Shown: one piece after another, positions 20,060 through 31,197 of the stretch | Layout of the letters: every line of letters starts with the position of its first letter | Position numbering within the stretch: the stretch's first letter is position 1 | Assembly (NCBI GenBank): GCA_021159015.1 | Contig: JAGGSQ010000042.1 | Coordinates: 557 to 64,556 of the forward strand | Direction of reading: 5' to 3' | Origin: Candidatus Omnitrophota bacterium | GTDB taxonomy: Bacteria; Omnitrophota; Gorgyraeia; Duberdicusellales; Duberdicusellaceae | DNA length: 64,000 bases | Translations under genes and position numbers: made by a program | The notes under the pieces: generated by a model | The model's input: only the letters and a program-made list of their open reading frames with translations | What the model was told of the DNA's origin: nothing | The model's database searches: none

Positions 20060-21406
20060 TTAATTCGGCTCAAGTTCTATCCAAAAAGGACGGAAGTTTA
20101 CTCTCTGTAGTATTTTTTCTGCTATTTTTACTACTTCTTTATCATAACGTCTGCCGGCGCCGCTCTTTAGTTCATCTAAAGCTGCCTGCACTCCTAAAGC
20201 AGCTCTATAAGGACGCATAAGGCTCATTGCCTCTAAAACATCACTTACGGCAATGATGCGTGCTTCTTTCGTTATCTCTGCTCCTTTAAGGCCGCGGGGA
20301 TAACCAGAGCCATCGATCCTTTCGTGATGCTGATAGACTGCCTCTGCCAAAGGGAAAGGAAAATCTATATCTTTCACTATTTCATAACTGCGCAGAGGAT
20401 GTTTCTGAATGAGACGATACTCCTGGTAAGTAAGGTGGGCCGTTTTACTTAAAATATCAAGAGGAATAGCTATCTTACCAATATCATGCAATTCGCCCGC
20501 CATTCTAATTCCCAGCGCCCTTTTGTCGTTCCATCCCATCTCGCGGGCAATCATCTCTGAAATCAACCCCACACGGTTAGAGTGCCCCACGGTATAAGGA
20601 TCACGCATTTCCACCACTTTAGCCAAAGCCCGTACCGTATCAGTAGTCATTCTCAGTTTTTCTTCCTCCCAATTAGCCAAAGCCGTCATATCACGCGTTA
20701 TGCCCATCAGACCGATAATCTTGCCCCGATGATTAAAACGCGGAATTTTAGTAGTAAGAACCCTATTCCAGGTGCCGTTAGGCAAGAGTGTACTCTCTAC
20801 TTTTCCCACTATAGGCTTGCCACTTTTTATAACCCATAAGTCGTCCTCATACATTTTTCTTGCCTGTCCATAAGGAAAGAAATCGAAGTCAGTTTTACCT
20901 ATTACCTCTTCTGGCCTTAAACCCATCCCTTGGGCGTGAAATTTATTTACTTTGACTAAGCGGCAACTCTTGTCTTTAAAATATATGGCATCAGGTATAT
21001 TGTCCAGGAGGCTCTGCAGCATTTCTCTTTCCTCATTCAGACGATTTTCTATCTCTTTATGTGCAGAGATATCCTCTACCAGGCCTTCTTCATATATATC
21101 TCCATTCTTCTTGGTTACTTCAGCTGTGATTGCTACCCATACTATACCTCTATCTATTCTCTTGAGAGGCGCTTCAAAAAACCTAACCTTACTTTCTTTC
21201 TCCAGAAGGCGGCGGAACTTGCGGCGGTAATTGGAAGCAGCAAAAAAATCTTCTAGCTGGCCAAACAGAGGCCGTTCCGCAGAGTTAAATCCTAAAATAT
21301 TCGCCAAAGACTTATTTATTTTAAATATGCCTTTTTTCTTTTTCCAAAACTGGCGAAAGAGCCCTACGCCTAGATTATCAAGAAGCTTAAGGTTAAACCT
21401 CTCCAT
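20060..21406 (-). CDS. PAS-PAS-HD-GYP cyclic-di-GMP phosphodiesterase
   Basis: PAS (LLDNIPDAIYFKD...GKTDFDFFP), RDPYTVGHSNRV, HDIGK, HHERIDGSGYPRGL, RPYR. Confidence 0.92.
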   Translation of the reverse strand: MERFNLKLLDNLGVGLFRQFWKKKKGIFKINKSLANILGFNSAERPLFGQLEDFFAASNYRRKFRRLLEKESKVRFFEAPLKRIDRGIVWVAITAEVTKKNGDIYEEGLVEDISAHKEIENRLNEEREMLQSLLDNIPDAIYFKDKSCRLVKVNKFHAQGMGLRPEEVIGKTDFDFFPYGQARKMYEDDLWVIKSGKPIVGKVESTLLPNGTWNRVLTTKIPRFNHRGKIIGLMGITRDMTALANWEEEKLRMTTDTVRALAKVVEMRDPYTVGHSNRVGLISEMIAREMGWNDKRALGIRMAGELHDIGKIAIPLDILSKTAHLTYQEYRLIQKHPLRSYEIVKDIDFPFPLAEAVYQHHERIDGSGYPRGLKGAEITKEARIIAVSDVLEAMSLMRPYRAALGVQAALDELKSGAGRRYDKEVVKIAEKILQRVNFRPFWIELEPN

Positions 21407-21908
21407 CTTTCTTAATAATTTCCTCTATTTTTATCGCTGTTTCTTCTATAGTCAAACCAGTAGTATCAAGCCTCAATTTTATTTTATCATAAAAAGGCTT
21501 CCGCTGCCTCAATAATTCTTTAATACGAGCCAGAGGATCAGAGACATTCAAAAGAGGACGGAAGGTCTCATCTCTCGTACGTGCGTAAATCACCTCTGCG
21601 CTTGCCTCTAAGCATATAGGAATGCCGCTTTTTCCCATTATCTTTATATTCTCTTCCTTTAACACAATTCCCCCTCCACAAGCTACCACCAAACCACCCC
21701 GTTTAGCCACCTCACCTAAAGTCTGTGTCTCTAACTTCCGGAAATATTCTTCCCCTTTTTTCTTAAATATATCTACTATCGTTTCTTTTTCTTTATCTTC
21801 AATCAAAGCATCCAAATCGATAAAATCAAGCTTCAAGCGCTGAGCCAGCACTTTTCCTGCACTACTTTTGCCTGTCCCCATAAATCCCAACAGATAGATA
21901 TTATCCAT
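21393..21908 (-). CDS. aroK: Shikimate kinase
   Basis: GFMGTGKS, GEEYFR, GGGIV, RPLL. Confidence 0.96.
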   Translation of the reverse strand: MDNIYLLGFMGTGKSSAGKVLAQRLKLDFIDLDALIEDKEKETIVDIFKKKGEEYFRKLETQTLGEVAKRGGLVVACGGGIVLKEENIKIMGKSGIPICLEASAEVIYARTRDETFRPLLNVSDPLARIKELLRQRKPFYDKIKLRLDTTGLTIEETAIKIEEIIKKDGEV

Positions 21909-21914
21909 ATAAAG

Positions 21915-23033
21915 TTAATATTTTTTAAGAGAGTTGATGTATTGACGGTAAGAGGCCCTCAGTTCGGTAAGCGTATCGGAAGAAAATTTTTCCAGAAAGC
22001 TGTCTGTTAAAATGAAAGCCGTCATTGCTTCGGCCACTACGCTACAGGCATATACCGCCGCAACATCAGAACGAATAGAAGGCGCCTTGGCTTTCTTTTT
22101 CGTAGTTACATTAACTGACATAATACCTCTCTTCAGGGTAGCTATAGGCTTCATGGCAATTCTTAAAATAATCGGCTCACCGGTAGAAATACCTCCTTCT
22201 ATACCGCCGGAATTATTGGTTTTATGGAAAAAACCGCGTCTTTTACTGTAATATATACTATCGTGGGTATCTCTGCCACTGCGACGGGCATAATCAAATC
22301 CTAAACCTATTTCTACTCCTTTTACGGCAGGAATAGACATTAAAGCAAAACTAAGCCGGCTGTCCAGACGCCTATCCCACTGCATAAAACTGCCTATACC
22401 TGCCACTACCCCTTCTGCTCTTATTTCTATTATCCCTCCTAAAGTATCCGAGCGGTTGCGGGTTTCTTTAATTAACTGCTTTAACTTAGGAAGGCTCTTT
22501 CTCTCAATTCCATAATAATATTTCCTTCCCGAAGAAGAAGTGCTGTTGCTGAATATAAAGGGGCCAAATTCTCTAATAAAACTGCTTACTTTTATCCCGA
22601 ATAGCTCCAGAAGCTGGCGACACAGTGAACCAATCACTACGCGAGACGCTGTCTCACGCGCCGAGGCTCTTTCTAAGATATTGTTTATATCTTTCTCACT
22701 GTACTTTAAAAGACCGGCCAAATCAGCATGTGCCGGCCGCGGTACAGATATCCTCCTGATATTATCCGGCAAGAAAGGTCTAAGGCGAGCATCTTTGTTT
22801 CTGATTAAGAATCCTATAGGGCTGCCTAAAGTTACCCCTCTCCGCAATCCTGAGATAAACTCTACTTTATCTCTTTCTATATTCATCCGCCCGCCACGTC
22901 CCCAACCTGCCTGACGACGTGATAGTTCCTTATTAATCAAATCTTTTGAGATTCTAACACCTTTGGGAAATCCTTCCAGTATCCCTACCAACGCTTGGCC
23001 ATGTGATTCCCCTGCCGTCAAAAATCTCAACAT
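21915..23033 (-). CDS. aroC: Chorismate synthase
   Basis: TAGESHG, PRPAHAD, ERASARETA, GGIEGGIS, MKPIATL, RSD. Confidence 0.97.
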   Translation of the reverse strand: MLRFLTAGESHGQALVGILEGFPKGVRISKDLINKELSRRQAGWGRGGRMNIERDKVEFISGLRRGVTLGSPIGFLIRNKDARLRPFLPDNIRRISVPRPAHADLAGLLKYSEKDINNILERASARETASRVVIGSLCRQLLELFGIKVSSFIREFGPFIFSNSTSSSGRKYYYGIERKSLPKLKQLIKETRNRSDTLGGIIEIRAEGVVAGIGSFMQWDRRLDSRLSFALMSIPAVKGVEIGLGFDYARRSGRDTHDSIYYSKRRGFFHKTNNSGGIEGGISTGEPIILRIAMKPIATLKRGIMSVNVTTKKKAKAPSIRSDVAAVYACSVVAEAMTAFILTDSFLEKFSSDTLTELRASYRQYINSLKKY

Positions 23034-23043
23034 ATATACCTCC

Positions 23044-23901
23044 TTAGATTCCTACTATTCCTAGGTTATGCAAAATCCTAAAAATATAATCAGAATAAAA
23101 GACCACTCCTGTTGTAGCTAAAGACAAATAAGGCAAATAAGGCAGAAGATGAGACCTGCGAAAAATAATGGCATATACACCGTAGAGCAAAGCCAGGAAA
23201 GGAGCAAGGAAGAAAATCAATATAGCCTTTTTAAATCCCAAAAACGCTCCCAATACTGCCATGAAATCAACATCTCCCAATCCTAATGCTTCTGTTTCTC
23301 CTTCTAGAGACTCTTGCCTCTTAAGTCGCAAATAAAGTAAGAGAAGAAAATCTCCTAGCATCTTAAAAAAATAGGCAAAACCTACAGCAATAAACATTCC
23401 TTGAAAACTCAAAAACAGAGGAATATTGCTAATTTTTTCTAAAGAGCCGCTACGGATAAGCTGATAGCTCCTTAGAGTGAATAACACCAAAGCTAAACAA
23501 ACCGCAACCATAGGAAGATAAGAAGGAATAGCGCGGTAATCTATATCAATAACAGATACCAGAAGAGAAAAAGAAAGTAAAGAGACTGAGACAAAAAAGT
23601 CAAAGCTTAGGCCAAACTTTAAGTAAGAAAAAAGAAAGATAAGGCCGGTTATCAACTCTATGAGAAAGTAGCGAAAAGATATTTTATGAGAGCACCAGCG
23701 GCACCTTCCACGCAGAATTATGTAACTAACAAGGGGAATATTGTCGTACCACGCAATAGGTTTTTTGCAATAAGGACAAAAAGAGCGTGGCTGGATAATA
23801 GAAATATTCTGAGGGAGACGCCAAATGCAAACATTGAGAAAGCTCCCTATACAAAGTCCGAAAATAAAAACTAAGATGGGCAGATGACTAATTCCTGACA
23901 T
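23044..23901 (-). CDS. pilD: Type IV prepilin peptidase (A24)
   Basis: GSFLNVCIWRLP, CPYC...CRWC, DID, GLGDV, LPYLPYL. Confidence 0.93.
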   Translation of the reverse strand: MSGISHLPILVFIFGLCIGSFLNVCIWRLPQNISIIQPRSFCPYCKKPIAWYDNIPLVSYIILRGRCRWCSHKISFRYFLIELITGLIFLFSYLKFGLSFDFFVSVSLLSFSLLVSVIDIDYRAIPSYLPMVAVCLALVLFTLRSYQLIRSGSLEKISNIPLFLSFQGMFIAVGFAYFFKMLGDFLLLLYLRLKRQESLEGETEALGLGDVDFMAVLGAFLGFKKAILIFFLAPFLALLYGVYAIIFRRSHLLPYLPYLSLATTGVVFYSDYIFRILHNLGIVGI

Positions 23902-24745
23902 ATTTTAAGATAGCGCGGTAAAGAACGGTTTCTTTACCTTCCAGATTTCTATCCAACCATATCTCCAAAGAACGCAGACCTTGATAAATTAGCATCCACA
24001 ACCCGCTCACAACCCTTGCTCCCTTACGGCGGGCAACCTTTAGAAGTTTTGTCTCTAAAGGATTATAAACCAAATCATACACTAAGACTCCTCTTTTTAT
24101 CAGTGCCGCGGGAATAGCTAAAGGGTCGGAAGGATGGAGCCCTAAAGGCGTAGCATTTATAATCAGGTCCAAAGAGGGAAGATTTTTTTTATTTACGGTT
24201 TTAAGATTCTCTACCTGAGTATGAGAGAAGAAGTTTTTAAGACGACGCCTCAGCTTCTGTGATTTTTTATAATTTATGTCATATATACCTAAAAAATCTA
24301 TCTTTTCTTTCAAAAGATACATGCTTATGGACTTAGCTGCCCCTCCTGCTCCCACTATCAAACATTTCTTTCCTGCTGGATTGAAAGAAGCCTTTTCCTT
24401 AAGAGACTTAATAAACCCTTCGCCATCAGTATTGTAGCCAATTAAATGTCCCTGCTTAACCTTAATAGTGTTAACAGCGCCTATTTTTTCTGCTAAGGGA
24501 TCAATGCGATACAAAAAATCCCTAACTCTTTCTTTATAAGGGAAAGTAACATTCACACCCCTTAGGCCTAAAGCAAGAATACCTCCTGCAGCCTCTTTCA
24601 ATCTATAAGGCTCTACTTCAAAGAGAAAATATTCGGCATAAATATTCTCTCTCTGGAAGAAGTAATTATGCATAAGGGGAGAGAAAGAATGCAAAAGTTT
24701 GCGTCCTACAAGCCCAAATATATCTTTTTTATTTACGGTCTTCAT
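23888..24745 (-). CDS. aroE: Shikimate dehydrogenase
   Basis: HSFSPLMHN, NVTFPYK, GAVNT, GYNTD, GAGGAA, INATPLG, DLVYNP. Confidence 0.96.
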   Translation of the reverse strand: MKTVNKKDIFGLVGRKLLHSFSPLMHNYFFQRENIYAEYFLFEVEPYRLKEAAGGILALGLRGVNVTFPYKERVRDFLYRIDPLAEKIGAVNTIKVKQGHLIGYNTDGEGFIKSLKEKASFNPAGKKCLIVGAGGAAKSISMYLLKEKIDFLGIYDINYKKSQKLRRRLKNFFSHTQVENLKTVNKKNLPSLDLIINATPLGLHPSDPLAIPAALIKRGVLVYDLVYNPLETKLLKVARRKGARVVSGLWMLIYQGLRSLEIWLDRNLEGKETVLYRAILKYVRN

Positions 24746-25212
24746 CTACCCAGAATTAACTGCCAGAACATATCCCAGTAATTTTCTTTAAAGCGGCAGA
24801 ATATTTCGTAATTATCACATAAAATATCCTCTATTTCGCTACGGCTATAAGGAACTTTTATGCTCTGCCCTAAAGAAATAGGTTCGCTTTTATAGCCATA
24901 AATTAAATGCCAAAACCAGGCCCAGTCTGATGGCGTAAAGCTAATAAAAGGCTCTCCTATATATGACTTTAGCTGTGTCTCTTTGAGAAAAAGGGGAGTT
25001 TTCATAGGACGTGCCCCCTTAAAATCAGAGGCTACATTATGCTTAAAAATTTGCCAGCGCAATTTAAGGTTAGCAATAAAATTGTCAATTCTTCTTCTTA
25101 AATTAAAGGAAGAGGCCGGGCTCTCTAGATAAGATACTCCTTTTATTGCCCCCATAATCAGAAGAACCCCCACCCCTGTCCACAAAATATCGCTTATTAT
25201 ATGCTTCCGCAC
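24742..25212 (-). CDS. Hypothetical membrane-anchored protein with a duplicated Trp-rich motif
   Basis: N-terminal TM segment; overlaps the aroE start by 4 nt; family not recognised. Confidence 0.7.
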   Translation of the reverse strand: MRKHIISDILWTGVGVLLIMGAIKGVSYLESPASSFNLRRRIDNFIANLKLRWQIFKHNVASDFKGARPMKTPLFLKETQLKSYIGEPFISFTPSDWAWFWHLIYGYKSEPISLGQSIKVPYSRSEIEDILCDNYEIFCRFKENYWDMFWQLILGR

Positions 25213-25246
25213 TCTTGCTTCCTCTCTAAAACAAACTTAACAAATA

Positions 25247-26746
25247 TCAGATTATCTTATCTAACGCTTCCAAATAAGCTTTGAGGGAAGCTTCAATAAT
25301 ATCAGTAGAAGATGCGAGCCCCGAGGAAGTTTTCTTCTTGTATTCAATCTCAACCCGCGCCTGGCCTAAGGCATCTTTGCCTGAAGTAACCGCTTCCAGT
25401 TTAAATTGTAAAAGACGCGGCCTAAACCCTACTACTTTGTCTACAGCGCGGAAACATGCGTCTACCGGCCCATCTCCCTGGGAGTTTGTAACTATAACTT
25501 TATTCTGGTATCTGAGTTTGACCTCTGCCTCTGGCTCTATCTTTGTGCCACTCAAAACCTTTACCTCTAAAAGAGTAATCTTTTTCTTACGCGGTTTTAT
25601 GTCCTCCTCTACAATTGCCACTAAATCATCATCATAAACCTCTTTCTTCTTATCAGCGAGCTTTTTAAACTCGCGAAAAACTTTCTCAATCTGGCTCTTC
25701 TTTAAATTAAAACCCAATTCCTTCAGCCGCTGCGAGAGAGCATGGCGCCCCGAATGTTTTCCCAGAACCAGACCTGAATCAACAATTCCTATCTCACGCG
25801 GGTCCATTATTTCATAAGTAGTCCTCTTCTTTATTACGGCATCCTGGTGAATGCCTGATTCGTGGCGAAAAGCATTCTTACCCACAATGGCTTTGTTAGG
25901 AGGAACCAAAAATCCCGTAAGAGAGCTTACCAACTTAGAAGTTTTATAAATCTGGCGCGTATTTATCTCTGTAAATACACCAGAAAATATATCGCGGCGA
26001 GTTCTAATGTTCATAACAATTTCTTCCAGGGAAGCATTGCCGGCTCTCTCGCCAATACCGTTGATTGTACCGTGTACTTCTTTTGCCCCGGCTAAGACTG
26101 CGGCTAAAGAATTAGCTACCGCCAGACCTAAGTCGTTATGGCAGTGGACGGCTATCTTAGCCCTACCAATATTAGGAACATTCTCTAATATACCTTTAAT
26201 TAACCTTTCGAATTCTTCCGGATAAGTCCACCCTACGGTATCCGGAATATTAACTGTAGAAGCCCCCTGCTTAATAACTTCTTCTACTACCCTATAGAGA
26301 AATTCCGGCTGGGTACGGGTAGCATCTTCAGGAGAAAACTCTACATCATCGCAAAGACGCCGCGCATACCTAACGGCCTGCTTGGCTAACCTAATTATTT
26401 CATCTTCGGCTTTACGGAACTTATACTTTAGGTGTATCTTGGAAGTAGCCAAAAACACATGAATCCTCTTTTTTTTGGCCGGCGCAAGAGCGCGGGCTGC
26501 TGCATCTATGTCTTTCTTTAAAGAGCGGGCTAAGGCGCAAATGACCGGACGGCACACCTTCCTGGCAATAGTATAAACAGAGCGGAAATCGCCTTCACTG
26601 GAGATAGGAAAACCGGCTTCAATTATATCTACACCCAGCTCTTGTAATTGATGAGCTATTTCCAATTTTTGCGCTTCATTCAGAGATGCCCCCGGCGCCT
26701 GCTCCCCATCCCGCAAAGTAGTGTCAAAAATAAATATTTTCCTCAT
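25247..26746 (-). CDS. leuA: 2-isopropylmalate synthase
   Basis: [42 protein letters not shown]-terminal regulatory domain. Confidence 0.96.
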   Translation of the reverse strand: MRKIFIFDTTLRDGEQAPGASLNEAQKLEIAHQLQELGVDIIEAGFPISSEGDFRSVYTIARKVCRPVICALARSLKKDIDAAARALAPAKKKRIHVFLATSKIHLKYKFRKAEDEIIRLAKQAVRYARRLCDDVEFSPEDATRTQPEFLYRVVEEVIKQGASTVNIPDTVGWTYPEEFERLIKGILENVPNIGRAKIAVHCHNDLGLAVANSLAAVLAGAKEVHGTINGIGERAGNASLEEIVMNIRTRRDIFSGVFTEINTRQIYKTSKLVSSLTGFLVPPNKAIVGKNAFRHESGIHQDAVIKKRTTYEIMDPREIGIVDSGLVLGKHSGRHALSQRLKELGFNLKKSQIEKVFREFKKLADKKKEVYDDDLVAIVEEDIKPRKKKITLLEVKVLSGTKIEPEAEVKLRYQNKVIVTNSQGDGPVDACFRAVDKVVGFRPRLLQFKLEAVTSGKDALGQARVEIEYKKKTSSGLASSTDIIEASLKAYLEALDKII

Positions 26747-26749
26747 AAT

Positions 26750-27772
<1,023 letters not shown>

Positions 27773-27783
27773 TTACCTTAATG

Positions 27784-28377
27784 CTATTCTCCCGCTTTAA
27801 AATTACCCTTCTTCACTAAATCTATTACTACTCCGGTAATAACCTTATCTATTTTACCTCTATTAACCATTTCCTGCAGCTCTTTTTTAACCTCCTCCTA
27901 CCCCAGAGCTTTACGATAAGGCCTGTCTGTAGTTAAGGCATCATAGATATCGGCTACGGTAAGAATTCTTACCTCTAACGTCTTTATATCATTTTCCAGT
28001 TTATTAATAATCTCCTGAAAGGTACCGGCTAGGCTTGCTACTTCGCCTTTCTCGCGTGCTAAATTAGCAATGAAGCCTTTATTTACGCCGCCGGATGTCA
28101 ACTCTTTCGCTTGAGTACTGAGGATAAATAATTTCTCAAATATTCTACGAATATTAGCAAAAAAAAGTAGAGCGCCGCTGGTCAAAATGAGTATAATCAA
28201 CTCCAGCTGCACCTTAGAAAAAGGAATCAAGACAGATTGTCTGGTATAATTTGATACAAGATAGAACAAGATATAAAGAAGAATAAACAAGGGAAGAAAG
28301 AAAAGAGCTACAAATCCTATTGAGAATAATTTAAAAATATAGCTTGACTTATAAGAAAATTTATATTTCTTCCCCAT
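27784..28377 (-). pseudogene. Decayed 2TM-HAMP-HD-GYP gene (internal deletion plus in-frame TAG at 27898-27900)
   Basis: 2 TM segments and a HAMP (GEVASLAGTF) joined directly to the HD-GYP tail LEVRILTVADIYDALTTDRPYRKALG*. The frame continues EEVKKELQEMVNRGKID...KAGE*. The HD and GYP motifs are missing. Confidence 0.82.
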
Positions 28378-28408
28378 TTTATCTCTCTTACTGATAACCC
28401 AAAAACAG

Positions 28409-28437
28409 ATTATATAGCCTTTTTTTCTCTAAAGCAA
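28409..28437 (-). promoter_or_regulatory. Putative sigma70 promoter upstream of the HD-GYP remnant and ilvC-leuA
   Basis: TTGCTT-17 nt-TATAAT. Confidence 0.6.
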
Positions 28438-28470
28438 GTGAAATGAAATATCACTGGCAGCAGAAAGACC

Positions 28471-29031
28471 TCAGTGCGGTAGAGTACCGGTGGATTTCCT
28501 TATAGAATATTCAACGTAGCCAGCGAGAACCTCTTGTATTTTTGCCGGCGGCGGAACAACAAAATAATGCGACATAATAGCATGGGCCATTTCATGAGCC
28601 AGCATAGGCATAGTCATGTCCGCCAAGGAAATAAATATAGTATCAGTAGAATGTATATAAAGAGAAGGTAGATCTGGTTTTTGCCCTTCGAAGTTCCTGA
28701 AAACATCTTCTTTTAGAGCTTGGCGGGTAGGGTATACCACAATTTTTCCATGATAGCTATATATGTGTATATCCAAAATGTCCGAAACATCCAAATATAA
28801 AGCGTCTAACGATTTCGCAATGATACTATCAGGAGTAGCAGGAGAGTACTCTATATCTCTCTGAAGAAGGTAATTGGCATTAATTTTATAGGCAAACTCG
28901 CTCCTGTCACAGCCAGAAAAACAAACTAAGGTAAAATATTTGCCTACAATTTCTTCTGCGGCTAAAGAAGCTGTATAAAAACAAAAAAATATACCTCCTA
29001 TTAATACTAAATAAATCCTCTTGTACATCAA
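28471..29031 (-). CDS. Secreted HEXXH (gluzincin-like) putative metallopeptidase
   Basis: Signal peptide ending ASLA, LAHEMAHA, and a downstream QEVLA Glu as candidate third zinc ligand. Confidence 0.65.
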   Translation of the reverse strand: MMYKRIYLVLIGGIFFCFYTASLAAEEIVGKYFTLVCFSGCDRSEFAYKINANYLLQRDIEYSPATPDSIIAKSLDALYLDVSDILDIHIYSYHGKIVVYPTRQALKEDVFRNFEGQKPDLPSLYIHSTDTIFISLADMTMPMLAHEMAHAIMSHYFVVPPPAKIQEVLAGYVEYSIRKSTGTLPH

Positions 29032-29577
29032 TTAAGTTCGAAAAAAACTCAGTATTTCCTCTATTGCTTTTATCTGTCTTTCTATCTCGGGACTCAGTGG
29101 CCCAGATTTTAACAAAGAAGAAAGAGCTGTAAACTCCTTCTGCAGAAACAATATCTTGTCTTTCAAGATAGTATTCATATCTACTAATGCCTGAGAAAGA
29201 TTCTTAAGTTGGTCATTACTACGCGTGTTAAAATTGAGGTTCAACTCCCCTTCTTTAAGACGATCTATCTCTTTTTTAAGCCGATACAAAGGCCCGGATA
29301 TCTTGTGGGAAATCAATAAAGTCAGGATAATCACGGCGAGAGAAGCAAAAACACTTACCCAAAGAATAATCTGAATCACTACCGGTAAGATAAAATCTGA
29401 AGTACTCTTGACGTAGACATGAGTATTTTCTATAGCTACAGTAGTAGAATTTCGCAGAAAGAAAAGAAGCAGAACAGCAATAAAAGCAGAGGAAAGAACA
29501 ACGATATATGCAAATTTAATAATAAATTTTGTCTGAAAACTTTTGTCAATAAAGTAGTGGCGTCTTTTATTATCCAT
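29032..29577 (-). CDS. Small 2TM plus HAMP membrane protein without an output domain
   Basis: RRHYFIDKSFQTKF, two TM segments, SHKISGPLYRL...RSNDQL HAMP, short C-terminal helix. Confidence 0.78.
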   Translation of the reverse strand: MDNKRRHYFIDKSFQTKFIIKFAYIVVLSSAFIAVLLLFFLRNSTTVAIENTHVYVKSTSDFILPVVIQIILWVSVFASLAVIILTLLISHKISGPLYRLKKEIDRLKEGELNLNFNTRSNDQLKNLSQALVDMNTILKDKILFLQKEFTALSSLLKSGPLSPEIERQIKAIEEILSFFRT

Positions 29578-30133
29578 TACTGCCTCCTTCTTGTATTCCT
29601 AATAATTTATAATTTATTTTTATCTTTGCATTCTGACGGAGAGAATTTATCCAACTAGTGAGCGCTTTCTGTTGTTTCTGACGAAAAAGAATAAATTTTA
29701 TTTGTCCGTATATTTCTTCCAAGCTCTTCTTACCAAAGCTCTCTTTATGATTCTCAAAGTAGTCTCTTACTTCGTTCTCAGTAACCTTTATTCTCCCGGA
29801 CAACTCCTTTATTTTTCTGTCTATTATTAACTTAAGCAACGTCTGCTCCCAGAAAAACTGCACATCTTGCAAGAAGCTAGGGTCTTTATCTAAGCCGTCT
29901 CTTTCTGCTTCTAAAAGGATGAGCTTACGATTGATAAAAGAATTAATTAACTTCTTCTTATCAGCAGGAGAAAGCTGCCTCTCTCTGGCAAGACGCAAAA
30001 GAGAAGTATCTACTTCCTGTTTAGTTATCCTAAGCTTGCCTATAGAAATAGCCGTCTCTTTATGAGAGCATTGACAAGCCCAGAATCCGCCTGCCATAAC
30101 AAATACAAGCAATATTAATATTGCCTTCCTCAT
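29570..30133 (-). CDS. SurA/PrsA N-terminal-type chaperone (possible lipoprotein; no complete parvulin domain)
   Basis: Start MRKAIL at 30133 with SD AAGGAGG; INRKLILLEAERDGLDKDP, VTENEVRDYFENHKESF, LRQNAKIKIN. Confidence 0.78.
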   Translation of the reverse strand: MRKAILILLVFVMAGGFWACQCSHKETAISIGKLRITKQEVDTSLLRLARERQLSPADKKKLINSFINRKLILLEAERDGLDKDPSFLQDVQFFWEQTLLKLIIDRKIKELSGRIKVTENEVRDYFENHKESFGKKSLEEIYGQIKFILFRQKQQKALTSWINSLRQNAKIKINYKLLGIQEGGSNG

Positions 30134-30200
30134 CTCGTTCCTCCTTTTTATGTTTTTATTATATGCCGGCAGCGGCAAAGCCACAACAAATAAATCCTTA

Positions 30201-30233
30201 TGCAACATTTTGCTTCGTAAGCAAAATGTTGCA
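30201..30233. repeat. REP-like palindrome, copy 1
   Basis: TGCAACATTTTGCTT-CGT-AAGCAAAATGTTGCA, a perfect 15-bp stem directly after the RAYT stop. Confidence 0.9.
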
Positions 30234-31121
30234 TTACACTATCTCACTATGCAGCCAGCGGTAAACCGTCACTCTGTCCACGCCCAACTTCTTTGATATT
30301 TCCAAAATAGAATATCCTCTGGCTAACAACTGCTCTACCAAATAAACCAAAGCTTTTCTGTTTTGAGGAAGACGGGGAAGCTTTCTCCCTTTAATTCTCT
30401 GCATCTTTTTCTCTATTTCCCAAAGATTACTAAATAATTTACTCGACCCCAAAAACATCTTCTTATTTCTTCTCGCCCATTTAATTACTTCTTCATAGAG
30501 CTTTTTTATTGACTTCTTCCCTTCCATTGTTCTGATACTAAAAGATATTTTGCTCATATCTTTGACAAACTTTCTATAGGCAGCCTTAGCTTTTTTGGTG
30601 CTAGAAGGATATACCTCTTCTAAAATTGGCAAAGGGTTAACAAATGAGCTCTTTACATTCTTGACGTATATATCCAAAGAATGCCAATGATATTGAAAAG
30701 GAGAAGTAACTATTCTGGCCCGGTAAGCATTAAGATGTATATACAAAGAGATGGTAAGAAAATAATCTGCATCGTTGCATAGCGCTGCTCTATATCTTCC
30801 CGAAAAAACATGTCCTTTTCTTTCGTATTTGCTGTTAAAGTATAAAGCGTATCTTTTGAATAATTCCTGCATTGCTTTTGACAAGAGATTGTTTCCTGTG
30901 CGAAGCAAGATATGTAAATGATTGGTAAGCAGAGAGAAAGCATATACCTCCAATGAGAACTTAGCAGAAGACTCTTTAAGAAGAGAAATAAACTTAAGAT
31001 AGTCTGACTCCTCCAAGAATACTTTCTCTTTTCCGGGAGCCCGCTGAGTAATATGATATACTCCCCCCTCTATTATAATTTTATTCTGCACTCTTAATAT
31101 CCTCTTCTTGCCTCTATCCAT
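30234..31121 (-). mobile_element. REP-associated tyrosine transposase (RAYT, Y1/IS200-like HUH) with a C-terminal HTH
   Basis: YHITQR, NHLHILL (HUH), GHVFSGRY, YIHLN (catalytic Tyr), HWHS; HTH ISKKLGVDRVTVYRWL; flanked by identical palindromes. Confidence 0.9.
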
Positions 31122-31163
31122 ACTGCTTACTTACAAAATCTTACGTTAGGCTCCATTACTAGC

Positions 31164-31191
31164 ATTATACAGAAATTAGACTTTATTGCAA
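31164..31191 (-). promoter_or_regulatory. Putative sigma70 promoter of the RAYT
   Basis: TTGCAA-16 nt-TATAAT immediately inside REP copy 2. Confidence 0.55.
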
Positions 31192-31197
31192 TGGTTA

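Noticed and set aside
24185-24739. 15-bp direct repeat TTTTTTATTTACGGT (KTVNKK twice) within aroE
   Set aside because: Low complexity, inside an intact gene; probably chance.
28437-28455. AGTGA-N9-TCACT inverted repeat beside the -35 box
   Set aside because: Only 5-bp arms and the spacing does not match CRP/FNR; unsupported.
30134-30208. ORF-track N-terminal extensions (also 56767-56799, 53012-53086, 16928-16987, 2072-2095)
   Set aside because: They run into REPs, promoters or neighbouring genes; the downstream ATGs fit SD sites, signal peptides or family N-termini better.
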